A stretch of DNA of 64,000 nt from Chiloscyllium plagiosum (GCF_004010195.1 NC_057750.1:3509320-3573319), one strand, 5' to 3'. Positions 25,630 to 39,437 are shown, counted from the stretch's first letter. A program made the numbers and translations. Notes: generated by a model from the sequence alone, not told the origin.

Positions 25630-28382
25630 CCAGAACAAAGAAAATTACAGCACAGGAACAGACCCTTTTGGCCCTCCAAGCCTGCACCGGTCCAAATCCT
25701 CTATCTAAACCTGTCACCTATTTTCTAAGGATCTGTATCCCTCCGCTCCTTGCCCATTCATGTACCTGTCTAGATACATCTTAAATGACGCTATCATGCC
25801 TGCCTGTACTACCTCCGATGGCAATGCGTTCCAAGCACCCACCACCCTCTGGGTAAAGGACTTTCCACGCATATCTCCCCTAAACTTTTCCCCTCTCACT
25901 TTGAACTCGTGACCCCTCGTAATTGAATCCCCCCATTCTGGGGAAAAGGCTTCTTGTTATCCACCCTGTCTATACCTCTCATGACTTTGTAGACCTAAAT
26001 TAGGTTCCCCCATCAACCTCTGTCTTTCTAATGGAAATAATGCTAATATACTCAATCTCTCTTCATAGCTACTGCCCTCCATACCAGGCAACATCCTAGT
26101 GAAACGTCCTCTGCACCCTCTCCAAAGCATCCACATTCTTTTGGCAATGAGGCAACCAGAACTGCATGTAGTATTCCAAATAGGTCTGAACCAAAGTCTT
26201 ATACAACTGTAACATGACCTGCTAATTCTTGTACTCAATACCCTGTCCAATGAAGGAAAATATGCTGTACGCTTTCTTGACCACTCTATTGAGCTGCGTT
26301 GCCACCTTCTGGGAACAATGGACCATAACACCCAGATCTTTCTGTGCATCAATTTTCCCCTGGACTTTTCCATTTATTGCATAGCTCGCTCTTGAACTGC
26401 ATCTTCCAAAATGCATCACCTCACATTTGCCCAGTTTGAACTCCATCTGCTATTTCTCTGCCCAACTCTCCAATACATCTATATTCTGCTGCATTCTCTG
26501 ACAGTCTCCTTCACTATTTGCTGCGCCACCAATCTTCGTGTCATCTACAAACTTTTTAATCAGACCACCATTACATTCCTCCAAGTCCTTTATGTATATC
26601 ACAAACAACAGTGGTCCCAGCACGGATCCCTGTGGAACACCATTGGTCACAAGTCTCCATTTTGAGAAACTCCCTTCCACTACTGCACTCTGTCTCCTGT
26701 TGCCCAGCCAGTTCTCTATCTATGTAGCTAGAACAACCTGGACCCCATGTGACTTCACCTTCTCCATCAGTTTACCATGGAGAACCTTATCAAACGCCTT
26801 ACTGAAGTCCATGTATATGACATCTACAGTCCTTCCGTTCTCAATCAACTTTGTCACTTCCTCAAAGAATTCTATTAGTTTGGTAAGATATGACCTTCCC
26901 TGCACAAAACCATGTTGCCTATCACTGACAGGCCCATTTTCTTCCAAATATAAATAGATCCTATCCCTCAGTACCTTCTCCAGCAGCTTTGCTACCACTG
27001 ACGTTAGGCTCTCCAGTCTATAATTACCTGGATTATCCCTGCTACTCTTCTTAAACTAGGGGACAACATTAGAAATTTTCCAGGCTTCCAGCACCTCACC
27101 CATGTTCAAGGATGCTGCAAAGATATCTGTTAAGGCCCCAGCTATTTCCTATCTCACTTCCCTCAGTAACCTGGGATAGATCCCATCTGGACTGAGGACT
27201 TGTCCACCTTCATGCTTTTTAGAATACCCAACACTTCCCCTGCTTCTTGACCTAGAGTAATCAAACATCTATTCCTAACGTCAACATCTGTCATGCCCCC
27301 CTTTTTCAGTGAATACCGATGCAAAGTACTCATTAAGAATCTCACCCATTTTCTCTGACTATATATGAATAAAAGGCTTTGGGATTTTCCTTAATCCTGT
27401 TTGCTAAAGATATCTCATAACTCCTTTTAGCCCTCTTAATTCCTCATTTCAGATTGGTCCTACATTTCTGGTATTCTTCCAAAGCTTCGTCTGTCTTCAG
27501 TCAGCTAGACCTTATGTATGCTTCCTTTTTCCTCTTATCTAGTCTCACAATTACACCTGTTATCCATGGTTCCCTAATCTTGCTATTCCTATCCCTCATT
27601 TTCATAGGAATGTATCTCTCCTGAACTCTAATCAACCTCTCTGTAAAATCTTCCCACATATCAAATGTGGATTTACCTTCAACAGCTGCTCCCAGTCTAC
27701 ATTCCCCAGCTCCCGTTGAATTTTGGTATAGTTGGCCTTCCCCCAATTTGGCACTTTTCCTTTAGGACCACTCTCGTCTTTGTCTATGCGTATTCTAAAA
27801 CTTACAGAATTGTGATCACTATTTCCAAAGTAATCCCCTACTGAAACTTCAACCACTTGGCCGGGCTCATTCCCCAAAACCAGGTCCAGTATGGCCCCTT
27901 ACCAAGTTGGACTATTTGCATATTATCTAGAAAACCCTCCTGGATGCTCCTAACAAATTCTGATCCATCTAGACCTCTAACACTAAGTGGATCCCAGTCA
28001 ATGTTGGGAAAATTAAAATCTCCTATCATCACCACCCTTTTGCTCCCATATCTTTCCATAACTTGTTTACATATTTGTGCCTCTATCTCATGCTTGCATT
28101 TGGGAGGCCTGCAGTTCAGCCCCAACATTGTTACCTCACCCTTCCTATTTCTGAGCTCTGTCCATATTGCTCACTGCTCGAGTCTTCCATAGTGCCCTCC
28201 TTCAGTACAGCTGTGATATGTTCTTTGACCAGAAATGCAACTCCTCCACCCCTTTTACCTCTCTCTCTATTCCGCCTAAAGCATCAATGTCCTGGGATTT
28301 TTAGTTGCCAATCATGTCCTTCCCTCAACCAAGTCTCAGAAATGGCAATAACATCATACTCCTAGGTACTAATCCAAGCCCA
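25630..28382 (-). mobile_element. CR1 LINE ORF2 (endonuclease-RT-3' end), frameshifted and 5'-truncated
   Basis: IGDFNFPNIDW, SDHN, QHGFVQGRS, DFSKAFDKV, GVPQGSVLGPLLF, FVDDTK. Confidence 0.95.
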
Positions 28383-28624
28383 ATGGGAGATATGCACAGT
28401 AGCAGAAGAGTGTGGCACTTAGCCTAGCAAAGTGGTCTTACCCTAGAGAAGATCATTGAACATCTTATAGAACTGGCCATTCCTCCGGACTGTGACAACA
28501 CACTGACCTGGGTGGTCAACCTGGACCAAGCTGTCAGGGTCCAGAGTCATGACCTTCTCTATGTCCCTCTGGGAAGAGAACGGCCCTTCTCTGCATCACC
28601 CCTCAACCAAGACGTCCATTAAGT

Positions 28625-29620
28625 GTATAACTCCAGCCCTGATTTGCCTTTCCAAAATGCAGCATGTCACATTTATTTAAATTAAACTCCATTTAAATTA
28701 AACTCCTTAGCCCATCTGATCGAGGTCCCATTGTACGCTGAGGTAACCTTCTTGGCGTTCCACTACACCACCAATTTTGATGTCAGCTGCAAACTTACTA
28801 ACTATAACTCCCATATTCACATCCAAATCATTTATATACATGGCAAAAAGCAGTGGACCGGACACCGATCCTTGTGGCACACCTCTTGTCACAGGCCTCC
28901 TGTCTGAAAACCTCCACCACCACTTTCTTTCTCCTACCTTCAAGCCAGTTCTGTATCCAAATAGCTAGTTCTTCCTGTATTCGATGTGATCTAACCTTGC
29001 TAACCAGTCTACCATGCAGAACCTTGTCGACCGTCTTACTGAAGTCCTTAAAGATCATGTCCAATGCTCTGCCCTCATCAGTCTTCTTCATATTTTCTTA
29101 AAAAAACTCAATTAAGTCAGTGAGACATGATTTTCCACACACAAAGCCATATTGACTATTCTTAATCAGTCCTTGCTTTTCCAAATATATGTAAATCCGG
29201 TCCCTCAGGATCCCCTCCAAATTGCTTTTCCTTACCCCCTTTCTTAAATAGTGCCACCACATTATCCAACCTTCAGTCTCCCAGCACCTCACCTGTGGCT
29301 ATCAATGATACAACTATCTCAGTAAGGGGCCCAGCAATCATTTCCCTAGTTTCCCACAAAGTTCTAGGGTACACGTGGTCACGTCTTGGGGATTTATCCA
29401 CCTTTATGCGTTTTAAGACTTCCATCATCTTCTCTGTAATATGGACATTTTTCAAAGCGTCGCTATTTATTTCCCCAAGTTCTCTCTCTTCCATCTCCTT
29501 TTCCACAGTAAATACTGATGCAAATTACTTGATTAGTATCACCTCCATTTCTTGCAGTTCCACTCGATCCCTGCTGTCTATACCTGACATATGCTTCCTT
29601 TTCCTTGACCGAAGCCTCAA
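28625..29620 (-). mobile_element. CR1 RT fragment
   Basis: GVPQGSVSGPLLFAMYINDLD; DFSKTVDKVLHGRL. Confidence 0.9.
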
Positions 29621-30930
29621 TTTAGAGTCATAGCGATGTATAGCACGGAAACAGACCCTTCAGTCAAACTCGTCCATGCCGACCAAATATCCCAACCCAA
29701 TCTAGTCCCACCTGCCAGCATCCAGCCCTTATCCCTCCAAACCCTTCCGATTCATATACCCTCCAGATGCCTCTTAAATGTTGCAATTGTACTAGCCTCC
29801 ACTAGTTCCTCTGGCAGCCCATTCCATACATGCACGTACCACCCTCTGCATGAAAAAGTTGCCCCTTAGGTTTCTTTTATATCTTTCCCCTCTGACCCTA
29901 ATTCTATGCCCTCTAGTTCTGGACTCCCCCACCACAGGAAAAAGACCTTGTCTACTTACCCTATCTATGCCCCTCATGATTTTATAGACCTCTACACGAT
30001 TACCCCTCAGCCTCCGATGCTCCAGGGAAAACAGCCCTAGCCAATTTGACCTCTCCCTATAGCTCAAATCCTCCAACCCTGGCAACATCCTTGTAAATCT
30101 TTTCTGAACCCTTTCAAGTTTCACAACATCCTTCCGATAGGAAGGAGACCAGAATTGCATGCAATATTCCAACAGTGGCCTCACCAATGTCTTGTACAGC
30201 CACAACATGACCTCCCAACTCCTGTACTCAAAACTCTGACCAATAAAGGAAAGCATACCAAATGCCTTCTTCACTATCCTATCTACCTGTGACTCGACGT
30301 TCAAGGAGCCATGAACCTGCACTCCAGGGTCTCTTTGTTCAGCAACACTCCCCAGGACCTTACCATTAAGTGTAAGTCCTGCTAAGATTTGCTTTCCCAA
30401 AATGCAGCACCTCACATTTATCTAAATTAAACTCCATCTGCCACTCCTCAGTCTATTGGCTCATCTTATCAAGCATTGTAATCTAAGGTAACCTTCTTTG
30501 CTATCCACGATACCTCCACTTTTGGTGTCATTTGCGAACTTACGAACTATACCTCTTAAGCTCACATCCAAATCATTTATGTGATTGACAAAAAGTAAGG
30601 ACCCAGCAGCGATCCTTGTGTCACTCCACTGATCACAGGCCTCCTATCTGAAAACAACCCTCCAGCACCACCCTCTGTCTTCTATCTTTGAGCCAGTTCT
30701 GTATCCAACTGGCTGGTACTCCCTGTATTCCATGACATCTAACCTTGCTAACCAGTCTCCCATAGGGAACCTTGTCGAACGCTTTACTGAAGTCTGTATA
30801 GATCACATCTGCCACTCTGCCCTCATCAATCCTCTTTGTTACTTCTTCAAAAAACTTTGTGAGACATGATTTCCCCCACATAAAGCCATGTTGACTATCC
30901 CTAATCAGTCCTTACCTTTCCAAATACATT
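29621..30930 (-). mobile_element. CR1 RT-to-3' end copy
   Basis: 207-aa ORF 29792-30415 and DFSKAFDKVPYGRL. Tail at about 29625. Confidence 0.93.
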
Positions 30931-30939
30931 TTCTCTAGT

Positions 30940-33300
30940 CATCTAGTATTCCATACAGCTACCAGCCTTACCCTTTACACTAACCGAAACATACTGTTTC
31001 TAAACTCTCATCTCATTTTTGAAGGTTTCCTACTTTCCAGCTGCCTGAATCAACTTTTGAAAGCTCTCGACATACTGTCAAAATTGGTCTTCCTCCAATA
31101 TAGAACTTTAACTTTTAGATCTGGACTATCCTTTTTCATCATTATTTTAAAATTAATAAAATTATGGTCACTGGCCCCAAACTGTTCCCCCACTGACACC
31201 TCAGTCACGTGCCCTGCATTACTTCTCAAGTGTATGTCAAGTTTTGCTCCTTCTGTAGTAAGTACATCCATGTATTAAATCAGAAAGTTTTCTTGTACAC
31301 ACTTAACAAATTTTTCTCCATCCAAGCTCTTAGGCAGACCTAGGACACAAATCAGATATCAGAAATCAGAAATGTTGAAAAGTGCAAGATTTAGTGAGAG
31401 GGAAGAACTGAGTGATATAAATATTAGTAGAGAAGTGGTACTGGGAAAATTTAAGGGGATTGAAGGTGGATAAATCCCAGGCCCTGATAATCTACATCCC
31501 AGAGCACTCCAGGAAGTGGCTCTAGAAATTGTGGATGCATTGGTGGTCATCTTCCAGGATTCCATAGACTCTGGTACAGTCCCTGCAGATTGGTGGGTAG
31601 CTAATTTCACTCCAATAATCAGAAAGGAACATAGAGAGAAACCAGTGAATTATAGACCAGTAAACCTAACTTCGATAGGAGGAAGAATTCTCGAATGCAT
31701 TATCAAGGTCTTTATAGCGGACCATTCAGAAAGCAGTGGCAGGATCAGACAGTCAACATGGATTTACGTAAGGGAAATCATGCTTAACAAATCTGTTGGA
31801 ATTCTATGAAGATGTAACTGGTAGAGTTAACAAGAGGAAGCCAGTCCATGTGGTATAGTTGGACTTACAGAGAGCATATCACAAAGTCCCGCACAAGAGA
31901 TTATTATGCAAGACTAAAGCACATGGGATTGGGAGAAGTGTATTGAGATCGATAGAAAACTGGTTGGCAGAGAGGAAACAAAGAATAGTAATTAATGGTT
32001 CCTTTTCAAATTGACAGGCAGTAAGTAGTGGGGTGCCAAAGGGATTGGTGCTAGGATCCCAGCTATTCACAAGATATATTAATGATTTGGAAGAGGTAAC
32101 AAAATTTAACATCTCAAAGTTTGCAGATGATAACAAGTTAGGTGGGAGGGTGAACTGTTTTGAAGATGCAGAGATCCTTCAGTATGATCTGTAAAGGTTC
32201 AGTTGGTGGGCAAATCAATGGCAAATGCAGAATAGTTTGGATAAACGTACATTGGAAGCAAAAACAAGAAGGTAGATTACTATCTGAATGGCTGTAAATT
32301 GGGAGAGGGGAGTGTGTAGCAGGACCTGGGTGTCCTTGTGCACCAGTCACTGAAAGTAAGCATGTAGGTTGAGCAGGCGGTAAAGAAGGCAAATGTATGT
32401 TGACCTTCATTGTGAGAGGTTTTGAGTACAGGAGCAGGGATGTGTTGTTGCAGTTGCACAGGGCCTTGGTGAGGCAGTTTATTGTGTGCAGTTTTGGTCT
32501 CCTTTTCTGAGGAAGGTTGCTCTTGCTCTCGAGGGAGTCTATCGGAGGTATACCAGGCTGATTCCAGAGATGGCGGGACTGACTAGAGGAAAGGTTGACT
32601 AGGTTAGGATTGTTTTTGCTGGAGTTCAGATGAGTGAGGGGAACTCTCATAGATATTTATAAAAGTCTAACAGGACTAGACAGGGTAGATGCAGGGAGGA
32701 TGTTCCCAATGGCGGGTGCGCCCAGAACCAGGGGTCACAGTCTGAGGATTCGGGGTAGACCATTTAGGATGGAGATTAGAAGACATTTCTTCACTCAAAG
32801 AGTGGTCAGCCTATGGAATAAGTAGTTGATGCTAAAACATTGAATGTATTCAAGAGGCAGCTAGCTATAGCACTTGGGACAAATAGGATCAAACGTTATG
32901 GGGAGAAAGCAGGATTAGGCTATTGAGTTGGATGATCAGCCATGATCGTGATGAATGGTTGATCAGGCTTGAAAGGCCGAATGTCCTCCTCCTGCTTTTA
33001 TCTTTTATGTTTATATGTCTTAGTCTATGTTTGGAAAGTTAAAATCCCCTATTACCATCCTATTATTTTTACAGATAACTGGGATCTCCTTACAAATTTG
33101 CTTCCCAATTTCTCGCTGACGATTGGGGGAGTCTGTAATACAATCCCAATAAGGTGATCATCCCTTTCTCATTTCTCAGTTCCATCCAAATAACGTCTCT
33201 GGACGCACTCCCAGAAATATCATCCCTAAGTACAGCTGTGATGTTATCCTTAATCAAAAATGCCATTCCTCTCCCCTCTCTTGTTCCTCTTAGTTTGTCT
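30940..33300 (-). mobile_element. CR1 endonuclease-region fragment split by the opposite-strand CR1 at 31350-33020
   Basis: VSVGEQFGASDHN at 31050-31330. The element continues at 33022 (reverse of GDFNFPNID). Confidence 0.8.
31350..33020 (+). mobile_element. CR1 RT-to-3' end copy
   Basis: VIFQDSIDSGTVPADW..ANFTPI..NYRPVNLTS, tttgcagatgat (FADD), RTRGHSLRIRG. Confidence 0.92.
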
Positions 33301-33644
33301 GCCCCTGATAATGAGTCCTGCCTTGCCTATTCAAATAGCAAAAGGGCACACTTCCACCAAACTTGACTTCATCTGTGTTCCACCAACTAAAGAAGAGATG
33401 GACCCAATCACATTGGGAACCTTGATTGATTTTTTTTTACCCTCCCATTCTCCCCAGTCCATCACCACTAAGGACAAATTGCTCACCAACTGCTTCCTAA
33501 GCTGAGATCAACCAACTCAACACACACTGAGAGCTGAATGAAGGATATCCTGTTTTTTAGGGTTTAACTGCTCACTGAACAAAGTCACCGTGCTACTGAC
33601 TAACCTGTTAATCTCCATCTGAGATGCTCTACCATTTGATAAGC

Positions 33645-33985
33645 TTTCAACTCTGGATCAGTGAGTAGCATTACAATTCTGAATCAAAATGTTCAACTCC
33701 CAGTTTGAGTAGAGGATAAAATCTAGTTGCCAATCCCAGTGCAGTGCTGAGGCAGTTTCAGCAATCATTTGGATGAGCTATTAAATTGTGGTCCCAACTG
33801 TTTTCTGAGATGCATATAAAAGATCCCATAATATATTATGCTGTTTGTGGGAGCTTACTGTGCACAAATTGGCTGTGCTTGTTATATTACAGTCATGATT
33901 ACACTTCAAAAGTATTTAATTGACTGTAAAGTATTTTGGGAAGCCCTTAAGACATAAGAAGTTCTATACAAACACAAGATCTTTT
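33645..33985 (+). mobile_element. Deu-domain SINE (SacSINE1-like)
   Basis: gctgtttgtgggagcttactgtgcacaaattggctg..ttacacttcaaaagta. Related copies at about 10290-10760, 19110-19820 and 53740-54180 (-). Confidence 0.6.
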
Positions 33986-34971
33986 AAATATAAAGTAGGG
34001 TAGAGATAGGAGTTCCTGCCTGGAGTCTTGGCATCTGCCTGATTTTTAATGAAAACGCACTGAACCTCTGTAATAAAGTCTCCAATTCAAAGATACAGAA
34101 AGAAGTAGGAAAAAAAGGACAAAAGAAACTCAGCCTTTTATGTCTGGTATATAATTTTAGAAATATCTGGACAGCCCATTCAGACTTGAATTAATGATGC
34201 CTTTGTGTTATGGAGCCAATATCAACAGCCAGTCTAATATTTTGTCTGAAATCACAAAAAACAGGATCAGAGATGGTGTTGAAGAATAAAGCTCCACAAA
34301 AACATTCCTGAAGTGTTTTGCTGACATTCAACTCCCATCAGTAACACCTCCACAAATTGCCAGGGGATTACACGTTAAACTTACATTCACCTTGAGACAA
34401 TAAATATAAAAATACGGAACCTACACATCTGACTTTATCACAGCTCCACCACAGACTAAAAATAATGAATCATTTCACCACTGATGTCTTGAATGAATGT
34501 GTTTGCCTGACTGCACAACCTTTTTCTGAAGTGTGTGATGAACTGTAAATTAAATCCTGGTAATTTTCAAATATTCTATTTATTTTGGCAATTGAAAACC
34601 AAAACAAACAAATCACAAAGGAAGAAAGAGAATGAGATGAACAAAAGAGCAGAATGACAACAGAAAGGATTAGGAGCCAGTGATGAAAAGGAGAGAGTGA
34701 GACTAAAATGAGGGAGAATTAATGAAAGGAGACAAAGAATATGAAAGGAAGTGAGATGGAGGAGCAAAGATTGGGAAGAAAAATAAGGGAGAAAAAAAGA
34801 GGGCAAGAAGAAGCAAAAAGCTTTTGAAGGAAAAGAAAGAAATTGAAATGCATTTAATATAGTCTACAAAATGCAATCAATATATAATCTTCTCATTTCC
34901 ACTTTATTAATTCTATAAAACTTAGACACTTAATAGTGTGTGCATGTCAGATATTTCTACTCTTAATAGTT

Positions 34972-35098
34972 CCCGATGAAGGGCTTATGCCCAAAACGTC
35001 GACTTTCCTGTTCCTCAGATGCTGCCTGACCTGCTGTGCTTTCTCAGCACCACACTTTTCGACTTTGATTCTCCAGCATCTATTGTCCTCACTTTCTC
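34972..35098 (+). mobile_element. Hammerhead-family mini-element with 15-bp TSD
   Basis: ccgatgaagggcttatgcccaaaacgtc (mutated core). TSD ctactcttaatagtt at 34957-34971 and 35099-35113. Confidence 0.8.
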
Positions 35099-35123
35099 CT
35101 ACTCTTAATAGTTTGCCAATTTA

Positions 35124-35592
35124 TTAATATGACAAATCTTTCTTCATAACCGAAGTGTCTCATCCCTGGAACCATTCTGGTTAACCTTTTCTACACTCTC
35201 TTCAATGCAAAAAAGGAATGAAAGAGATTGGATTATCTGGCATCAACTTGGTCACTGGGAATAACAGTGTGCACCCAGCTGTCAACTTTCCAAAGTCCTT
35301 TATTCTAACAGCTGGGGGCTTGTGCCAAACTAGGGACATGGTCAATCCGTATGATATCGTATCAAATCCAAGAGAGCACTGTCACCTCCTGGGTGTGCTC
35401 ATGGCTCAGGATAAATATCCTCCAGTGGTGACATTGCAGTGTGGTAGATAAGTGGGATCCATGTCATGGTCCACAGAAAAACAAACATCCTGCAGATTAC
35501 CATCTACTGCACCCCACTTCTATTCTCAGCAAATGAATCAGTGTGCTTCATGTTGAATATGTACTGGAAGAATCAGCGAGGGTGAAAAAGAC
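35124..35592. repeat. Inverted duplication, copy B
   Basis: Reverse complement of 4214-4683. The LINE endonuclease sequence continues to about 35680. Confidence 0.92.
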
Positions 35593-35769
35593 ATAGATAA
35601 ATTCTGGATGGGGGACATCAAGATCCATCACAAAGTGTAGCTCAGTAGTACCACTGACTGAGTTAATTGAGTCTTGAAGAGTGTGGATTTAGAACATATG
35701 TACTAATTCAAAACTGAGCATCCATGAGGCCCCAAATTGTAGTCAACCAAACAAAAAATAAAGAATAGG

Positions 35770-36480
35770 AAGAAACAAGTGTTTGATTAGTGGGGTACCA
35801 CAGGGATTAGTGCGAGGACCCAGCTATTCACAATATGTACTAATGGGGTGAACTGTGAGAAGGTTACAGAGATTCTTCAGTGTAATTTGGACACATTGAG
35901 TCGGTGGGCAAATGCACAGCAGATGAAATATAATGTGGATATATGTGAGCTTACCTACTTTGTGAGCAAAAACAAAGGTTGATTGTTATCTGAATGGTGA
36001 TAGATTGGGAAAGGGGGAGGTGCAACAAGATCTAGATGTCCTCATACACCAGGCACTGTAAGTAAGCACGCAGATGCAGCAAGTGGTGAATAAGTTATGA
36101 TACCAAGAGGAGAAAGTGAGGACTCCCTCCAGCCTCCTTTTTAATCTCCCAGCTTCCCCCACCCCTGCCAATTCCTGATGAAGAGCTTATGCCCAAAATG
36201 TCAATACTCCTGCTCCTTGGATACTGCCTGATCTGCTGTGCTTTTCCAGCACAACACACTCGACTGTGATACGGAGAGGATTCAAATACAGGAGCAGGAT
36301 GGTTTAATGCAATTGTAAGACCACACCTGGAGTATTTTGTGCAGTTTTGGTTTCTTTATTTGAGAATGTTCTGGCCATGGAGGGAGTGTAACAAAGGTCT
36401 ACCAGTCCAGTTGTTGGAATGGCAGGACTGTCATAAAGAGAGACTGGATTGGATAGAACTACCTTAACTGGATTAGAAAG
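35770..36480 (+). mobile_element. Decayed CR1 with a hammerhead-family insert (36112-36266)
   Basis: GVPQG-like start. Insert flanked by tgataccaagagga / tgatacggagagga. Confidence 0.8.
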
Positions 36481-36489
36481 GTGAGCAGG

Positions 36490-36830
36490 AGGATAAGACC
36501 AGAAGACATAGGAATAGAAATTAGGCCATTCAGCTCATTGAGTCTCCTCTGCCATTCAATCATAGCTGATACATTTATCAACCCCATTCTCCTGCTTTCT
36601 CCCTGTAACCCTTAATCCCCTTGATACTCAAGACCTATCTATCTCGCTCTTAAATATACTCAATGAACTGGCCTCCACAGCCTTGTGTGGCAATGAATTC
36701 CATAGATTCACCATTCTCTGGCTGAAGACGTTTCTCCTTATCTCCATTTTTAAAGATCTTCCCTTTACTCTAAGGTTATGCCCTTGGGTTCTGGTCTCTC
36801 CTACAAATTAAAACAACTTCCCACCATCTA
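36490..36830 (-). mobile_element. CR1 3' end
   Basis: Tail ataagaccagaagacatagg, same subfamily as 24646. Confidence 0.85.
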
Positions 36831-36849
36831 TTTGGGAAGGCTGTGTACG

Positions 36850-38130
36850 TGAGGTACCACAAGGCTGGAGGATGGCTAATGTGTCATTATTTAAGAAAGG
36901 CTTCAAGGAAAAGCCAGGGAACTATATACTGGTGAGCCTAATGGTATGTAAATTCTTGGAGTTAATTCAGACAGACAGGATTTATGTGCATTTGGTAAGG
37001 CAAGGACTGATTAGGGATGTTCAACATGGCTTTGAGAGTAAGAAATCATATCTCACAAATTTGATTGAGGTTTTTGAAGCGGTCACCAAGAAGATAATAG
37101 ACCCAGTGCAATTGACATTTTTATGTGGACTTTAGCAAGGCTTTTGACAAGATCTTGCGTGCTAGACTGCTTAGTAAGTTTACATCACATGAGATCCAGG
37201 GAAAGCTAGCCAATTGGATACAAATTTGGCTTGATGGTTGGAGACAGAGAGTGGTAGTAGAGGGTTGTTTTTCAGTCTGGAGGCCTGTGGCCAGTGGTGT
37301 GCCACAAGGATCGATGCTGAGTTCACTGTTGTTCATCACTTATATAAACTATAAAAGGCAAGGCTAGTAAGTTATGGATGACACCAAAATTGCTGGTAGA
37401 GTAGACAGTAAAGAAGATTAACTAAGAGTACAATGGGATCTTGATCAGCTGGTCTTATGGGCCAAGGAATGGCAGATGGAGTTTAATGCAGATAAATTTG
37501 AGCTGTTGCATTAATAAGATGAACAAGGACAGGACTTACACAGTTAATAATAAGTCCCTGGTGAGTGTTGTCAGAAAGACCTAGGGGTATAGGTACATAG
37601 TCCCTTGAAAGTGGCATCACAGGTAGACAGGCTGGTGAAGAAAGTGTTTTGCACACTTGCCTTCATTGGTCAGAGCATTGAGTACAGGAATTGGGATGTC
37701 ATGTTACAGCTGTACAAATATTGGTAAGGTCACATTGGAGTATTGCATACAGTCCTGGTCACCCGACTACAGGAAGGATGTTATTAAACTGGAAAGGGTG
37801 CAAAAATCATTTACCAGGATGCTACTCAAGCTGTTTGGTTTGAGTTATAAAGAGAGGCTGAATAGGCTGGGACTTCTTTCCCTGGAGCATAGGAGGCTGA
37901 GGGGTGACCTTATAAAGGTTTATAAAATCATGTGAGGCAACTGTATGGTGAATAGCCAAGGTATTTTCCCCAGGATAGGAGAGTCCAAAGCTATGGGGCA
38001 TAGGTATGAGTTGAGAAGGGAAAAATTTTAAAAGCACCTGAAGGGCAACTTTTTTCACACAGTGTATATGGAATGAGCTGCCAGAGGAAGTGGTAGAGGT
38101 GTGTACAATTATAAAATTTAAAATACATAG
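36850..38130 (+). mobile_element. CR1 RT-3' fragment
   Basis: DFSKAFDK, SGVPQGSMLSSLLF, LGLLSLEHRRLRGDLI. Confidence 0.92.
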
Positions 38131-38149
38131 TTTCTAGGAGTGATGATAA

Positions 38150-39290
38150 CCAACAATCTGTCCTGGACCTCCCACATAGAGAGCTCAAGAAGGCATGACA
38201 ATGCCTTTTCTCCCTCAGGAGGCTTAGGACTTGCAAAATGCCCTTAAGGACCCTCATCAATATTTACAGATGCACCAAAGAAAGCATTCTATCTGGGTGC
38301 ATAACAGCTTGGTAAGGTAGTTGCTTTGCGCAGGATCGGATGAAACTACAGGAAGTTGTGTACACAGCCTAGACCATCATGGAAGGCAACTTCCCATCCA
38401 TGGACTTCACCTACACTTCTTGTTGCCGCAGAAAGGCTGACAGCATCATTAAAGACCTCTACCACCTCGGTAATGCTCTCTTCCAACCTCTTCCGTCAGG
38501 CAGAAGACACAAAAACTTGAAATTGTGTGCCCAACAGATTCAAGAACAGCTTCTTGCCTGTGTTTGGACCAGGCCAGACCCTCTCAAAACGTTTCAAGAA
38601 GATAGCCCAGATCCTAACGTTTGGTTTTTTTAGGCAGATATAAAGTGGATATTCCAGGACTGATGCAGCTAGTCAAACTACTCAGCATTAAACAAAACAG
38701 AATTCATTTTAACCACCAGGGATGAAACATGAACAAAAGAAACAGAATTTAGAATAACAACTTATTTGATAACTCAACCGACTCTCTCGTAACTTAACAA
38801 GGGAGCTGTTCCAATCCCGACAACATCCCATAAACACACCCCTTGGCAAAAAGTAAATTCAAACATGGGTTATTCCACGCAGGAGAGGTTCAGAGAGAAA
38901 GTCCAGGCAAGACCTCTGTTGAAGCGTAGAACCTCTTTTTACTATAGCTGCTTCTTTAGTTTCCCAGCAATTTTTTTTTAACTACTTGCTAAAACAAACC
39001 AATCTAGAAAAGAAAATCTGAGCTGGGAGAACTGGCCACTCCCTTTTCATTGTACAACTGTGTTTAAAAGAAACCTAAAGGCCTCGTCTAATTGTTGACT
39101 TAAGCAGACGTCTGTTAGCCATTTCTGTACCACTGACTTTACAACCCCTCTTTGAAACCAAGGACAACATAACTTGTTAAAGGTACAGCATCATCACACC
39201 TACTGTTATTAGACTTCTGAAGGACCTCTCTAATTTCAAATCTCATGTTGATCTTCCATTTGTGCACTTCCTGTGTGCCTTGTTCTGTCT
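38150..39290 (+). mobile_element. Rex1/Babar LINE 3' fragment interrupted by a solo LTR
   Basis: Decayed LSWTSH..KKA..LRRL..IYRCT.ESILSGCITAW; ADSIIKD.YH...LFQPLPSGRR. Confidence 0.8.
38561..39198. mobile_element. Solo LTR (Gypsy-like)
   Basis: TG...CA termini, 4-bp near-TSD cctg/ccta, and the host Rex sequence resumes afterwards. Confidence 0.65.
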
Positions 39291-39311
39291 AAGTACCCTG
39301 TGATCTGCATG

Positions 39312-39437
39312 ATATGGAGATGCCGTTGTTGGACTGGGGTGTACAAAGTTAAAAATCACACAACACCAAGTTATAGTGCAACAGGTTTAATTGGAAGCAG
39401 TAGCTTTCGGAGTGCTGCTCCTTCATCAGGTGGTTGT
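39312..39437 (-). mobile_element. Penelope terminal fragment with hammerhead core
   Basis: Reverse complement reads cac-CTGATGA-aggagcagcactcc-GAAA-GCTA (39401-39429). Confidence 0.78.

Noticed and set aside
28675..28706. 16-bp tandem repeat atttaaattaaactcc x2
   Set aside because: An ordinary slippage or deletion-junction scar inside a CR1.
34576..34850. Hydrophobic membrane-like ORF
   Set aside because: It is the antisense of a purine-rich low-complexity tract.
35218..35451. Near-identical ORF pair (with 4355-4576) as a duplicated small gene
   Set aside because: Both are frames over decayed LINE sequence with different N-termini. The DNA duplication explains them.
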